DNA of 64,000 bases, taken from IMG/VR virus record IMGVR_UViG_3300022555_000046; one strand, written 5' to 3'. Within the stretch, counting starts at the first letter, position 1, and the number at the start of each line of letters is the position of its first letter. The notes under the pieces are model-generated. The model saw only the letters and a list, made by a program, of their open reading frames with translations. It was not told the origin of the DNA and did no database searches. Shown piece by piece: positions 26,932 to 37,361 of the stretch. The position numbers and the translations under genes are program-made. The DNA is from a virus.

Positions 26932-28029
26932 ATGGCAAACGAAGGAGCAACCGGACCTGATGGAAAGAAGAACGCTACCATAAGGTTTGAAACTCATTCT
27001 TCTCTGGAGAAGGATCAGTATTTCAAGGGGAAACACCCCTCTCAGCAAAAGACAGATGAACCTCCCGGGGGACCTGCGGGAGCAACGGCACCTGCCGACC
27101 AGAAAAAACCGGAACCTACCGGACCTGCCGGGGCAACCGGACCAAAGACACCTGAAGACCTTATGCTTGGAAAGGTCGGGGAACCGGACTGGAAAGCAAA
27201 GGCACTCTCTCTTGAAGAGCAGTTAAAAGCATTAAACGAAAAGGGTCCAGCAAACCCCCAGATCACCAATCCAAAGTTGTACAAGTTGCAGGTTATCGAA
27301 TCCCAGACTCCTGAAGAGGCACCGCTATTTCACAAAATTGCCTACGGTACGGCAACGTCCGAAGAGTTGTGGAAAGCAGGTTTTCTCCGTGATCATCCGC
27401 AGTATAAGGAAAAACCGGAGGACGTCCAGATGTATCTTGAGCGTAAACACCCACTGTTATTTGGGGATGACGTTGATACATCCACCAAGGAGTACCAGTT
27501 CGCAAAAATGGATTTCGACTTAGAGGCAGACAGAGTGAGGCAATCACTCCAGAATCGCTTTGACGAAATCAAGCTCCCCGAGGCAAGTTATGCCAAGGAG
27601 GATAGCGCACAGGAAACGAACGCACTTGCTACGGCATGGCAACCTGAGTTTGCTAAGATCAAGACTGGATTTGAAAAACTTTCAATCAGCGTACCTACCA
27701 CAGACAAGGAGGTTGAGTTGGTTGAGGTTGAGATTCCTGTTGAAGATCAGCAGAAGTATCTTCGTGCTGGCGCATTGATGGTTCTGAGTGAAAAATTACC
27801 TGCCGGGGCTGAAAGCCTTGAACGGGTACAGAAGTACATTCAGAAACAATACATTGCTGACCATCACATCGAACTCATGCAAAAGGCAATGAAACAGTCT
27901 GCTGCCAAAATGGAGAAGTTGATGTTGGACAAAACAACCAACCCGAATCGGATTAAAACCCCTGCTGGATCGAATGACGGGGACAGCAATCCGATGGAGG
28001 CATTTATTAAAAAAGTTACTAAATCTTAA
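26932..28029 (+). CDS. putative scaffolding protein
   Basis: Acidic and helical, directly upstream of the MCP; Pro/Gly-rich N-terminus. Confidence 0.7.
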   Translation: MANEGATGPDGKKNATIRFETHSSLEKDQYFKGKHPSQQKTDEPPGGPAGATAPADQKKPEPTGPAGATGPKTPEDLMLGKVGEPDWKAKALSLEEQLKALNEKGPANPQITNPKLYKLQVIESQTPEEAPLFHKIAYGTATSEELWKAGFLRDHPQYKEKPEDVQMYLERKHPLLFGDDVDTSTKEYQFAKMDFDLEADRVRQSLQNRFDEIKLPEASYAKEDSAQETNALATAWQPEFAKIKTGFEKLSISVPTTDKEVELVEVEIPVEDQQKYLRAGALMVLSEKLPAGAESLERVQKYIQKQYIADHHIELMQKAMKQSAAKMEKLMLDKTTNPNRIKTPAGSNDGDSNPMEAFIKKVTKS

Positions 28030-28034
28030 AGCAA

Positions 28035-29438
28035 ATGGCTAAAACCGATGCGAACAGTTACCCGGGAGCCGGGATTAAAACTGAAGAGGTAGTATCCTTC
28101 ATGGATTACTTGGAGCCTCAATATTGGAATCAGGTTGGTGCCCGTTATGGGTATCAGTTTGACGGAATCTATCAAATCCTCCGTGCCCTTGGCCGGGAAA
28201 CCCCTGTTGCCGCTGATGAGTGGTATGCATACGAGGAAAACCGCTACCAGCGTTCAATCACTGTTGGCGATGTTGACACCGCTGCCCCGGGCGCAGGTGG
28301 AACTGTTATTGTCACCTTACACGCTGACGATCACGAAAACAACGGCAAAGTATCCTTCCCCCGTCAGGGAGAAATGGTCTTGACCGCTACCGAAATCCCC
28401 TGCTGGATTATTCTTAAAGAAACCGTTGGCCGTGATAACGCACACCGAATCACGATTAAACCCTTCGATTCAAGTGATGATCTCGGTGACCTGCATTCAC
28501 AGAAGTTGATTATATTCTCCGGTGCAAAAGCCGCTGGTACTGGTCAGCCTGACGGAACCTATGTCGGAAAGACAAGGCGTAAATTTGTTGCTCAGATTCT
28601 GCCCGAGTCAATCGGTCAGGAAGGAACTCAGTTTGTTAACACCGAATGGGTTCAGGCAATTGATGACGGTCGTGATTTTAACGGCTGGTACAACCCCGGC
28701 CTGATGATGGCTGAATATCGTCTTAATCGCAAGATTGACGGAGCCTTCACATGGGGTAAGGAAAACACGAATAACATCACTCAGACCACTTCCCGTGGTT
28801 CTGTTAACTTGGTTAAGACAACCAAAGGTGTTGTTCCTTGGATCACCGAACTTGGCAAGGAGATGACTGTCACCCCGGGTGCCTTTAACATCGCTGACCT
28901 TGACGAAATCACCCTTTATCAGAAACAGCAGGGTGTTACCTCGAATGTTGGGATCATCTTTGAAGGTCCTGAAATCGCCATTGATATCCGTAACGCCACC
29001 AAAGACTATGTTGATGGAAACGGAACGGATTACACTACCATCGTCAACCAGTATTTTCAGGGTGACGTACAACGTGCCATGAGCATCAACTTCAAGACTA
29101 TTGGTCTGGGAGACATGGTGTACATCCGCAAGGAGGTCCCGGCATGGAGTGATCCTACTGCTTATGCGGAAACCGGATTCGGCATGCCGAAATACGCTAT
29201 TGTAATGGCCTTGGAAACCTATAAGGACCCTGAGACCAGTGAATTGATGCCTAACATCGGATCACGCTACCGTGCCCTTGGCAGTTACAGCCGCAGGATG
29301 GAAGTATGGCAGGACGGTGCGGCAGGTGGAAATCCTTCAGGATACATCGGTGATGTTGACGAGAAGATGCTATTCCTCCGTGCCCACGTTGGCTTACAGG
29401 CGTTGAAGATGAATCGTGCGGTCATTATGAGGCCGTGA
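28035..29438 (+). CDS. major capsid protein (crAss-like, HK97 fold)
   Basis: 467 aa; EWYAYEENRY motif; position after portal and scaffold; strong terminator downstream. Confidence 0.85.
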   Translation: MAKTDANSYPGAGIKTEEVVSFMDYLEPQYWNQVGARYGYQFDGIYQILRALGRETPVAADEWYAYEENRYQRSITVGDVDTAAPGAGGTVIVTLHADDHENNGKVSFPRQGEMVLTATEIPCWIILKETVGRDNAHRITIKPFDSSDDLGDLHSQKLIIFSGAKAAGTGQPDGTYVGKTRRKFVAQILPESIGQEGTQFVNTEWVQAIDDGRDFNGWYNPGLMMAEYRLNRKIDGAFTWGKENTNNITQTTSRGSVNLVKTTKGVVPWITELGKEMTVTPGAFNIADLDEITLYQKQQGVTSNVGIIFEGPEIAIDIRNATKDYVDGNGTDYTTIVNQYFQGDVQRAMSINFKTIGLGDMVYIRKEVPAWSDPTAYAETGFGMPKYAIVMALETYKDPETSELMPNIGSRYRALGSYSRRMEVWQDGAAGGNPSGYIGDVDEKMLFLRAHVGLQALKMNRAVIMRP

Positions 29439-29453
29439 TAAGATTGCTGAAAC

Positions 29454-29485
29454 GGGAACTGCCTTCGGGCGGTTCCCTTTCTTTT
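29454..29485 (+). terminator. intrinsic terminator after the MCP gene
   Basis: GGGAACTGCC-TTCG-GGCGGTTCCC-TTTCTTTT. Confidence 0.9.
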
Positions 29486-29522
29486 AATTAACTGGAGAAG
29501 AACAACTTTAAAGAACGAACAT

Positions 29523-30479
29523 ATGTTAGTATCAGACGGAAAAAAATTAGACAAAGCCGACAAATCGAATTCAGTTGTTAAGTTCTACAACGACTGCATG
29601 GAGGCATTAAAGACAGTCAGGGATGACAATAAAATCATCTTTGAGGCACCTGCCAGAAAAGTAACCATTAATCAGGAGGGAAAACGTGAGAATTCCGCAG
29701 GTGGATGGGCTTTATACCGGGAGAAATTGATCTTCGGAAAAGAAGAGCATGACATTCAATATTACGAAACATCGTTCCCTGACGCCAAAACAGGGGCAGA
29801 AACATTCAGGCCAAGACGATACAGCTTTAACGGAGCCATTGATCCGCTGCTTGTCGATCAGGACCCAGACAAGGTATTTTTCCTGATCTTCGTTTCCCGG
29901 CACTGTGAAATCATGCCAGAACTGGAGGCTTTCCAGAATAAGCTGAAGAGGGACAACCGGAATATCTACTGGAGAGTCCAGAATAAAAAGGCCGAATCTC
30001 GTGTTAAGGTTGATTTCAAACGTAAACTTCTGGCCGTTGAAAACGCCATTTACGAAGAAAACGGCCTTTCAATGGACGTACTTCGTGTCATTGCCAAGAA
30101 CTTCCAGATCGGGAGTGTTGACAGGCTTGACCCAAATCAGTTAAGGGATGCCCTTGCTGAAAACGTGCTTGCCACAAACGCCAACGGAAGGTATGACCTT
30201 AAGAAAATTGAGGCATTCCTCGACCTGCTCCCGGCAAAAGGGGAGAAAAAAATAAGCGATACCGCAAAGATCGTTGCCTTGGTTTCCGATCTTGAGGCGC
30301 ACAATATCCTTGTGAACAAAAAGATTGCCGGGAATAAGGCGGCATGGTTCTTAGGTGACCAGCAACTGGTGGTCCATTCTCCATCAAAGAAGAAGGAGGA
30401 CGCCCTCGTTGACTACCTTACGTTAAATCCTGAAGAGAGAGAAATGCTTGAACAAAAAGTCGTGGAATTAACCATCTAA
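29523..30479 (+). CDS. conserved protein downstream of MCP (as in crAss-like capsid modules)
   Basis: 318 aa; synteny only. Confidence 0.65.
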   Translation: MLVSDGKKLDKADKSNSVVKFYNDCMEALKTVRDDNKIIFEAPARKVTINQEGKRENSAGGWALYREKLIFGKEEHDIQYYETSFPDAKTGAETFRPRRYSFNGAIDPLLVDQDPDKVFFLIFVSRHCEIMPELEAFQNKLKRDNRNIYWRVQNKKAESRVKVDFKRKLLAVENAIYEENGLSMDVLRVIAKNFQIGSVDRLDPNQLRDALAENVLATNANGRYDLKKIEAFLDLLPAKGEKKISDTAKIVALVSDLEAHNILVNKKIAGNKAAWFLGDQQLVVHSPSKKKEDALVDYLTLNPEEREMLEQKVVELTI

Positions 30480-30489
30480 AAGAAATAAA

Positions 30490-32187
30490 ATGTCGGTTCC
30501 AGCACAATTTATCCCATTGAGATATGGGCTGATCATTAACCTTGATACCAAGGCCATCACCTTCGAGGACATGCTTAAGACAAAATACCTGTCTGTCTAT
30601 GGCGTTGCCATCTCGGATGTGAAGGGGCTTATCAAGATTTCCCATCCGTCTTCCGGTACTACCATGTACAAGAATTCAGGGTGGAATGCCGATGATTACA
30701 CCTTTCCTGACATTGACGGATCGAACCCTAACTGGACGTTTGCCAACGGTATAGATCATATCCGTATGCCTCTTGGAACGGATGGAAAACCACTGCACGG
30801 GACCATTCTTGTTGAATACAAGGTCCAGACCGGAGTGTACGTAAACACGTCATCCAAGGAGTATAATTACCAGTTTGTTCAGCCAGTCATGTCTATTAAC
30901 ATGGATGTGAATTGCGAGTCAGCCGTTCTGGTAAGTGAGTACGCTACGGTTCTTGTTGTTGGAGGGGTTATTCCGATATCCATTCTTTCACACAAGGTTG
31001 TCCCCCCTGATGGGGCGGTCTGTGTTGATCCCGGTACAACGGATGACACTATCCGCTATATCGGAGGCGATCTCTTTGATCCCGCTAAGCAAATCTGGAG
31101 AGGGGAATACCAGACCACTATCGCCAATCAACTTACCTACAACATGGAAAAGTGGGATTCCTACAACTGGATTGTGATTACCTGCATTCTTCAGGGGTAT
31201 GAGCATCTGGAAGTGACCTGCAAGGACTGTGGTTGTGTGATGATCAAGTGCATACAAAACCTTCAAAGACTATGGGAGGAATCTATTGGTGTTGATCCGG
31301 TTCGTGAACATGTGTTGCACAATAAGGTAACTATGGTTCTGAACGCATGGATCGACTATCAGGATGCTATTTCCTGTGGAAACGATCCTTCCAAGTTCTG
31401 TGAAATAATTTCCAAGGTTGTTCAGGGCGAAGCCTGTCAGTGTCTGGAAGACGATGATTCTATTCCTACCCCGGTTCAGCCTCATGGAGGAAGTTCAAAC
31501 AGGGGTGCCACAGGTCCGACAGGACCCTCACAGGGACCAACCGGACCGACTGGACCGACTGGACTTACCGGAGTCGCTGGACCCACGGGGAACTCTATAA
31601 CAGGTCCAAGGGGACCAACAGGACCTCGTGGACCAACCGGAAGAACCAAGACCGGACCAACCGGACCACGTCCCGATCCCATAGAAGGACCGACAGGACC
31701 CCCGGGTGTAACTGGAGTGGAGATATTTAACGGGAACGGAGTTCCTTCTGATCTGGTTGGCAGAAATAAGGATTATTACATCAGGAAGGATGTTCGCAGT
31801 ATCTACTACAAGGCTGGTGGCGTGTGGCAACTTACAACAACACTGGTTGGACCAACCGGACCTACTGGAAGGACCGTAACCGGACCTGCTGGAATAGGAG
31901 CGGCAGGTCCTACTGGAGTAGGGTTAAGAGGTGCCACTGGACCTTCTGTAACTGGACCAAGGGGACCGACCGGACTTCGTGGACCAACTGGAAGAACTAA
32001 GACCGGACCAACCGGAGGAAGAGGGACCACAGGAGCAGTTGCCGTTACAAGATCGACCCGTGCCCCGATATTCGGAGACACTCCTCCGTGTTTCGGAGCC
32101 ATGTGGATAGACACGGCTAATAGAAATATCTATGTTGCAATCGACACCTCTGGATATTCAGATTACAAACTTGTGAAAAACTATTAA
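30490..32187 (+). CDS. structural protein with collagen-like (GPT)n repeats
   Basis: Two runs of GPTGPTG triplets at about 31500-31710 and 31845-32040. Confidence 0.8.
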   Translation: MSVPAQFIPLRYGLIINLDTKAITFEDMLKTKYLSVYGVAISDVKGLIKISHPSSGTTMYKNSGWNADDYTFPDIDGSNPNWTFANGIDHIRMPLGTDGKPLHGTILVEYKVQTGVYVNTSSKEYNYQFVQPVMSINMDVNCESAVLVSEYATVLVVGGVIPISILSHKVVPPDGAVCVDPGTTDDTIRYIGGDLFDPAKQIWRGEYQTTIANQLTYNMEKWDSYNWIVITCILQGYEHLEVTCKDCGCVMIKCIQNLQRLWEESIGVDPVREHVLHNKVTMVLNAWIDYQDAISCGNDPSKFCEIISKVVQGEACQCLEDDDSIPTPVQPHGGSSNRGATGPTGPSQGPTGPTGPTGLTGVAGPTGNSITGPRGPTGPRGPTGRTKTGPTGPRPDPIEGPTGPPGVTGVEIFNGNGVPSDLVGRNKDYYIRKDVRSIYYKAGGVWQLTTTLVGPTGPTGRTVTGPAGIGAAGPTGVGLRGATGPSVTGPRGPTGLRGPTGRTKTGPTGGRGTTGAVAVTRSTRAPIFGDTPPCFGAMWIDTANRNIYVAIDTSGYSDYKLVKNY

Positions 32188-32198
32188 AATAAATCAAA

Positions 32199-33584
32199 AT
32201 GGCTCTATGGTGCGAAAACGAAAAGCCACTTAAAATAACCTTTGCGAGAAAAGAGATGGGGCTGGATGTGTATCTTTACCTCCCGGGTCCATCTCTTTCT
32301 GTTGTTGATTTCGATGTAAGGACTGAGGGCACAATGGCGTTCGCCATAAATACCGCCTACCCCCGGGTGAAACCACATATCTGGGTCGGAATGGATAAAC
32401 CAGAGTGTTATGACCCAAGGTTAATGTACGAGGGATTCCCGAAGATTTTCAGAGGATCGTATTTCAGGCAGGTATATCGTGGCAAGTCCATCAAGGAATA
32501 CCCACAAACATACTTTGCAGACTTGGCTAAACCCCAGAAGGGAATTGAAGACATGTTTCTTTTGAATGGAGACGATGTTACATTTGTTTGGTTTAAGCAT
32601 ACCCTTGCCGTGGTTCTCCATACCATACTCTGGATGGGGGGAAAGAAAATACATTTTGTCGGATGTGATCTGGGAGGAAAAAAAGACTATCACGATGACA
32701 GGGTTCTTTCCGATGAGCAAAGGGTGTACAATAGGCTGCTGTACGATCAACAGGCAACGTTCTTGAAAGAATTCACCTCTATTGGAGAAAAATATGGGGT
32801 GGAGTGTATTTCATGTACACCGGAATCCCCTATAAATGATTTCATGCCGTACAGGAAGGTCCATGAGGCAATATCTGACAGTAAGGCGGTAGTTGGTCCC
32901 ACTCGGGATGTTAAACACGCTCTGGAGGTAGAAGAAAACGAATTAGAGGAAATAACTGACTCTATAAAGTGGAAAGAGCCGATCAGGGAGCGTGGGGTCT
33001 TGGTTATGTGCGACAAAAATCAGGAATGGATGCTCGGCTGGTGGTTCGATAACTACATCAGGCATAATCATCTTCCTATACAATTCGTTGACATCGGAAT
33101 GACGGAGGGAGGGGTCAGGTTCTGTAAGGCTCGGGGAAGTTATGTTAAGATGAAGGATGTTCCTTTAAAGAATTGGTTTAAGAAACCATTTGCCTTGAAG
33201 TTATCTCAGTTCAAGAGAACGGTTTACATGGATGTTGATTGCGAGGTACGAGGATCAATATTCCATTTGTACAAAAAATACCCAAAAGGATTTGTGATAT
33301 CAAAAGACCTTTTCACAAAACAGTCTCCCGGCAAAGACCCCGTAAACTCAGGGGTGATAATTTTTAACCATGCCGACAGTATAATTGACAAGTGGGGAAG
33401 TAGTGTTATAAAAAACCATACCATGTACAGGGGAGATCAGGAATGTCTTGATCTTGTAAGGTACAATTATGTCGAACTGAGTCCTGTTTATAACTGGACG
33501 AGGGTAATGGGAGATAATAGTAATGCATTAATATTCCATTATGTTGGGGCGATAGGAAAAGAATTTATAAAAAAACAAATATGA
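32199..33584 (+). CDS. two-domain glycosyltransferase-like protein (DUF115/Maf-like plus GT-A/GT8-like)
   Basis: N: LPGPSL..FAINTA..WVGMD..LWMGGKKIHFVGCD; C: WFKKP..TVYMDVD..VNSGV..GDQECL..YNW. Confidence 0.75.
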   Translation: MALWCENEKPLKITFARKEMGLDVYLYLPGPSLSVVDFDVRTEGTMAFAINTAYPRVKPHIWVGMDKPECYDPRLMYEGFPKIFRGSYFRQVYRGKSIKEYPQTYFADLAKPQKGIEDMFLLNGDDVTFVWFKHTLAVVLHTILWMGGKKIHFVGCDLGGKKDYHDDRVLSDEQRVYNRLLYDQQATFLKEFTSIGEKYGVECISCTPESPINDFMPYRKVHEAISDSKAVVGPTRDVKHALEVEENELEEITDSIKWKEPIRERGVLVMCDKNQEWMLGWWFDNYIRHNHLPIQFVDIGMTEGGVRFCKARGSYVKMKDVPLKNWFKKPFALKLSQFKRTVYMDVDCEVRGSIFHLYKKYPKGFVISKDLFTKQSPGKDPVNSGVIIFNHADSIIDKWGSSVIKNHTMYRGDQECLDLVRYNYVELSPVYNWTRVMGDNSNALIFHYVGAIGKEFIKKQI

Positions 33585-33586
33585 GG

Positions 33587-33618
33587 TTGACAAGCCTGAC
33601 TTAATTGTTGTAGATTTG
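33587..33618 (+). promoter_or_regulatory. tail-module promoter (likely leaderless)
   Basis: TTGACA-N18-TAGATTTG-N4-ATG. Confidence 0.8.
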
Positions 33619-33622
33619 CCAT

Positions 33623-34333
33623 ATGAACCTTAAGGACGTAAATTCTGTTGTTTCGTTTTGGCTCGGAAAGAAAAAGCCGGGATTCACGCTTACCAAGCCT
33701 GAGTTCGAGCGTCTTCTGCATCTTTCCCAGTTGAAACATTTGAAAAGGAAGATAGGACTCCCTGAAGAATATCAGCCCGGGGCACCCTTGCCGAAACAGG
33801 TTTACGAGATATCAAACGTCATTATGGACGATCTGTCTCCGTTTAAGAGAGTTATGGGGGGAGATGAGATGGCTCTTGCTATTGACATGGCTGGATACAC
33901 CAATGTCCCCAAAGATTTTTATTACCCTTCCACCCTCCAGCTTAAGTTGATTAACTCGAAAACAGGAAAGTTAAGGTATCGCAAGATCAGTATTGTAACT
34001 GACAAAGAATGGGCTGACCGTCTCGGTTCTTTTAGCGCAGAACCAAATCGGTATTTCCCGGTTGCGAACTTTCAGAATAAATTTATTCGTTTTTACCCAA
34101 AGGACTTAAGGTCGGCAGACTTTGTTTATATATCAACTCCGGTAAAGCCAGTGTACGGAGTCACCTATGGGAGAGGGTTTGCTGAATACGTCCCATCAAC
34201 ATCCACTGAACTGGCGTGGAACGATACAAATATAATTGATATTATGGGGATTCTTCTTGGAGAGATTGGGGTAAATATCCCGAACTCGGACCTGATAAAT
34301 ATCTCCGATAAGGCAGAAGTAACAGGAACGTAA
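33623..34333 (+). CDS. head-tail ring/adaptor protein (crAss-like), paralog 1
   Basis: Similar ends to 36561-37361 (N-terminal FxxxxF, YISTPVKP...ELAW..IGVNI). Confidence 0.65.
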   Translation: MNLKDVNSVVSFWLGKKKPGFTLTKPEFERLLHLSQLKHLKRKIGLPEEYQPGAPLPKQVYEISNVIMDDLSPFKRVMGGDEMALAIDMAGYTNVPKDFYYPSTLQLKLINSKTGKLRYRKISIVTDKEWADRLGSFSAEPNRYFPVANFQNKFIRFYPKDLRSADFVYISTPVKPVYGVTYGRGFAEYVPSTSTELAWNDTNIIDIMGILLGEIGVNIPNSDLINISDKAEVTGT

Positions 34334-34358
34334 TTATTAACCACAAAACCAAAATCAA

Positions 34359-36515
34359 ATGAAAAAGTTCGCTTTATTTTTACTCATGGCTGTTTTTAGT
34401 ATGAGTGTTTTCGCCCAGAAAATTATTGAAACGCCCTCTGTAAGTGCTAAGTTCAAAAAAATAGGCACGGCAGGGGATATTATTGTTGAAACAGGCACAA
34501 AGGCAATGTATATTGTACTTGCCGGGAAAACCGTTGGCACGGCTGATAACATTACCACTTCAATTGCCGGGACCGCCAGAATTGCGGCATTGTACTACGC
34601 TACCGGATCGGCCTATCTGGATACCACGAACAATAAGAATGTTCATGGGTATCTGACGTTTTATAAACCTCCTTGCTCGAACCTTGCTGGAGCAACGTCA
34701 AATGTTGGGTATGGGACCGGGACACTTAACGCCATCTCCTCTGGAGCCGTGTCTACCACTGCATTTGGGTATCAGGCGTTAAAGAACATGACTACTCCGC
34801 AACAGAATAGTGCGTTTGGCTCAAGTGCTTTATATTACAATACCACAGGTGCCGGGAATTCTGCCTTTGGAGCATCCTCTCTGTTTAATAACTTGACTGG
34901 GGGTATGAACTGCGCCTTTGGGTTAAATTCTATGTTAACCAATACCACCGGAACAGACAATTCGGCATATGGAACAAATTCCATGTATTGGAATACCACG
35001 GGGTCCAATAATATCGCTGTTGGGAAAGAGGCTTTAAAGGCAAACACAACCGCATCTTATAATTCAGCCGCAGGGTTTCACGCTCTTACCGCAAATACCA
35101 CAGGAGCAAATAACAGTGCTTTTGGGGCATCTGCACTGGCGGGAAATTTAGCGGGAGCAAGCAATTCTGCTTTTGGATCGTCTGCATTAAGCGCAAATCA
35201 GGGAGGTGCATCTAACACAGCCACTGGTATGGCGGCATTGCAGGGGAATATCTCCGGTAACTACAATACGGCAGTCGGGGAAAATGCTCTTACCTCAAAT
35301 ACGACCGCAAGCAGCAACACCGCAATCGGATATCATGCTATGTACGGAAATATAACCGGGACAACCAATGTTGCGGTAGGCGAACAGGCTTTAAAAAGCA
35401 GCACAGGAGATGGAAGTACGGCAGTCGGATACCATGCTATGTATGCAAATACGACCGGGACAAATAATACCGCTGTCGGTGATCAGGCTTTATTGACTAA
35501 TATAACTGGTATATACAATACTGCTATCGGAAGAATGGCCTTATACAACTCAACTTTAGATCATAATACCGCAGTTGGGGCGAGTGCCCTTACATCCGCT
35601 ACTACCGGACTTCAAAACTCTTTTTTGGGAAGTTTATCTGGTCAAAACATTACATCTGGAGGCTCTAATTCAGGGGTTGGGATGTCTGCGTTAAGTTCAG
35701 TAACTACGGGTATTGGAAATTCTGCACTTGGGATGTATGCCCTTACAAACTTATCTACATCGGGAGGGTATAATACCGCTATTGGGTGGGAGTCTGGAAT
35801 GGGGATTAAGACTGGTTCTAATAATATTACTATCGGAAAAAATGCAGGTCCGAGCGGAACAACGTCTTCATCCACAAACAAGCTATACATTTCAGGCGCA
35901 CCCGGGGGAGCGGATACTGCTTTCATATACGGAGATATGACTGGGGATAAGGCTACGGCAACATTACAGCTTAATTCAGCAGTAACAGCGTTCAAATCCT
36001 GTTCTTCTCCTATCGTTGCTGCCACAACCACTCTTACCCTTCCCGGCACAACCACGATCACAAAAACAACCGGAAACGGTAACTGTGCAACTGCAAGTCA
36101 CTCTCTCGCTGTAACCGACACAGTGTATGGAACAACCGTATTTGTCAATGGTAATATCATAAAACGAACCCTTGTGCCAAAGGCGTTTGACTCCACTGGA
36201 ACGATTACAGCCGCTCAACTATTAAGGGGGGTAATTACCTCTACTTCTGGGAGTCTTCAAAACATAACCATGCCTACGGCCACCACTCTTGCTGCCTTAA
36301 TCCCGAGTTGCGGAAGAGGAACCTACGTGGATTTTATTATAGATAATTCGGCTGGTGCCCAGACTATAACAGTTGTTCCTGACGGAAGTATGCCAGCTAT
36401 AACCTCTCCTATCACAGGGGGCGCAACACTGACGGTGTCTGTGGCAAATGCTGTGGGCGGTTTCCGATTGTATTTTACAAGTGGCACGGCTGGCAAGCTG
36501 TTAAGACTGTATTGA
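34359..36515 (+). CDS. second fibre/adhesin-like beta-repeat protein with predicted signal peptide
   Basis: NTAVGxxALxxNTTG repeats; N-terminus MKKFALFLLMAVFSMSVFA-Q. Confidence 0.8.
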   Translation: MKKFALFLLMAVFSMSVFAQKIIETPSVSAKFKKIGTAGDIIVETGTKAMYIVLAGKTVGTADNITTSIAGTARIAALYYATGSAYLDTTNNKNVHGYLTFYKPPCSNLAGATSNVGYGTGTLNAISSGAVSTTAFGYQALKNMTTPQQNSAFGSSALYYNTTGAGNSAFGASSLFNNLTGGMNCAFGLNSMLTNTTGTDNSAYGTNSMYWNTTGSNNIAVGKEALKANTTASYNSAAGFHALTANTTGANNSAFGASALAGNLAGASNSAFGSSALSANQGGASNTATGMAALQGNISGNYNTAVGENALTSNTTASSNTAIGYHAMYGNITGTTNVAVGEQALKSSTGDGSTAVGYHAMYANTTGTNNTAVGDQALLTNITGIYNTAIGRMALYNSTLDHNTAVGASALTSATTGLQNSFLGSLSGQNITSGGSNSGVGMSALSSVTTGIGNSALGMYALTNLSTSGGYNTAIGWESGMGIKTGSNNITIGKNAGPSGTTSSSTNKLYISGAPGGADTAFIYGDMTGDKATATLQLNSAVTAFKSCSSPIVAATTTLTLPGTTTITKTTGNGNCATASHSLAVTDTVYGTTVFVNGNIIKRTLVPKAFDSTGTITAAQLLRGVITSTSGSLQNITMPTATTLAALIPSCGRGTYVDFIIDNSAGAQTITVVPDGSMPAITSPITGGATLTVSVANAVGGFRLYFTSGTAGKLLRLY

Positions 36516-36560
36516 GATATTCTGTTTTCAGAATTCTTAATCAACTTAACGCCATGTCAA

Positions 36561-37361
36561 ATGACCATCAAGGAAATATATCAATATTGCGAGGACCTCG
36601 CCAATAAAGACCAGAAGGGGAATGCCTTCGGACCTGATCAATTCAATAACACAATGAACTTTGTGTCTCTTGAATTATTTCAGGGGTTCTTTAAGATGGC
36701 GCAGGAAGTAGCCGTGGAAAAGGGTGTGCCTCTAAGTGAGGTTATCTTCTCTATGAACGATCTTCGCACGTTCATAGCCATTGTCTCCATACCGAGCGTG
36801 AATGTATTTCCTATTGACAATACGTTCGTATCTGTTGTGGCACCGTACCCCGCTAATTACAGGTATTGGCTTTCCTTGATGGCAAACAATGTTCCGGTGG
36901 AAATAAGGCCATATTCTGAAATCAGCAACTACCGGGGAGGAATGTTGAATGTAAATCCTGACGAACATCCTCTGGCGTTTGAAGGAGGAGGTGGTTTCGA
37001 GATTATACCGAACGACCTTCAGAAGATTTCAATGACCTATCTCAGAAAGCCAGCAGTGCCGTTTTACGATTTCTGTACCACCAGTGATGACCTGAAGATT
37101 TTCATGCCAGTTGGCTCAAAAATAAGGTATCTGGGTCCCACTGACTATTTTGTTCTTTACGATAAAAACGGAGATGTGATCTGCTTGGATGTCTATAAGG
37201 AAGGTATTGCAAATCCTTCTGATACTTATCTTTCCAGAACCGTGGAATTGGACTGGACCGACACCATGCATCCAGATATAGCAATGTCTGTACTTGAGAA
37301 AATGGGGATCAACTTACGTGAACCCGGGATTGTTCAGTGGACTCAATCAAAATCAAAATGA
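36561..37361 (+). CDS. head-tail ring/adaptor protein, paralog 2
   Basis: MTIKEIYQY..NKDQKG..PDQFN; YLRKPAVP..ELDW..MGINL. Confidence 0.65.
   Translation: MTIKEIYQYCEDLANKDQKGNAFGPDQFNNTMNFVSLELFQGFFKMAQEVAVEKGVPLSEVIFSMNDLRTFIAIVSIPSVNVFPIDNTFVSVVAPYPANYRYWLSLMANNVPVEIRPYSEISNYRGGMLNVNPDEHPLAFEGGGGFEIIPNDLQKISMTYLRKPAVPFYDFCTTSDDLKIFMPVGSKIRYLGPTDYFVLYDKNGDVICLDVYKEGIANPSDTYLSRTVELDWTDTMHPDIAMSVLEKMGINLREPGIVQWTQSKSK

Noticed and set aside
31500-32040. Tandem GGACC(A/G)AC repeats as CRISPR or a DNA-level repeat
   Set aside because: Explained by collagen-like Gly-Pro-Thr codons; no constant repeat-spacer pattern and no cas genes.
20800-35900. Repeats in the two fibre genes as DGR template/variable regions
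   Set aside because: Similarity is at the protein-motif level, with no near-identical TR/VR pair differing at adenines and no reverse transcriptase in the window.
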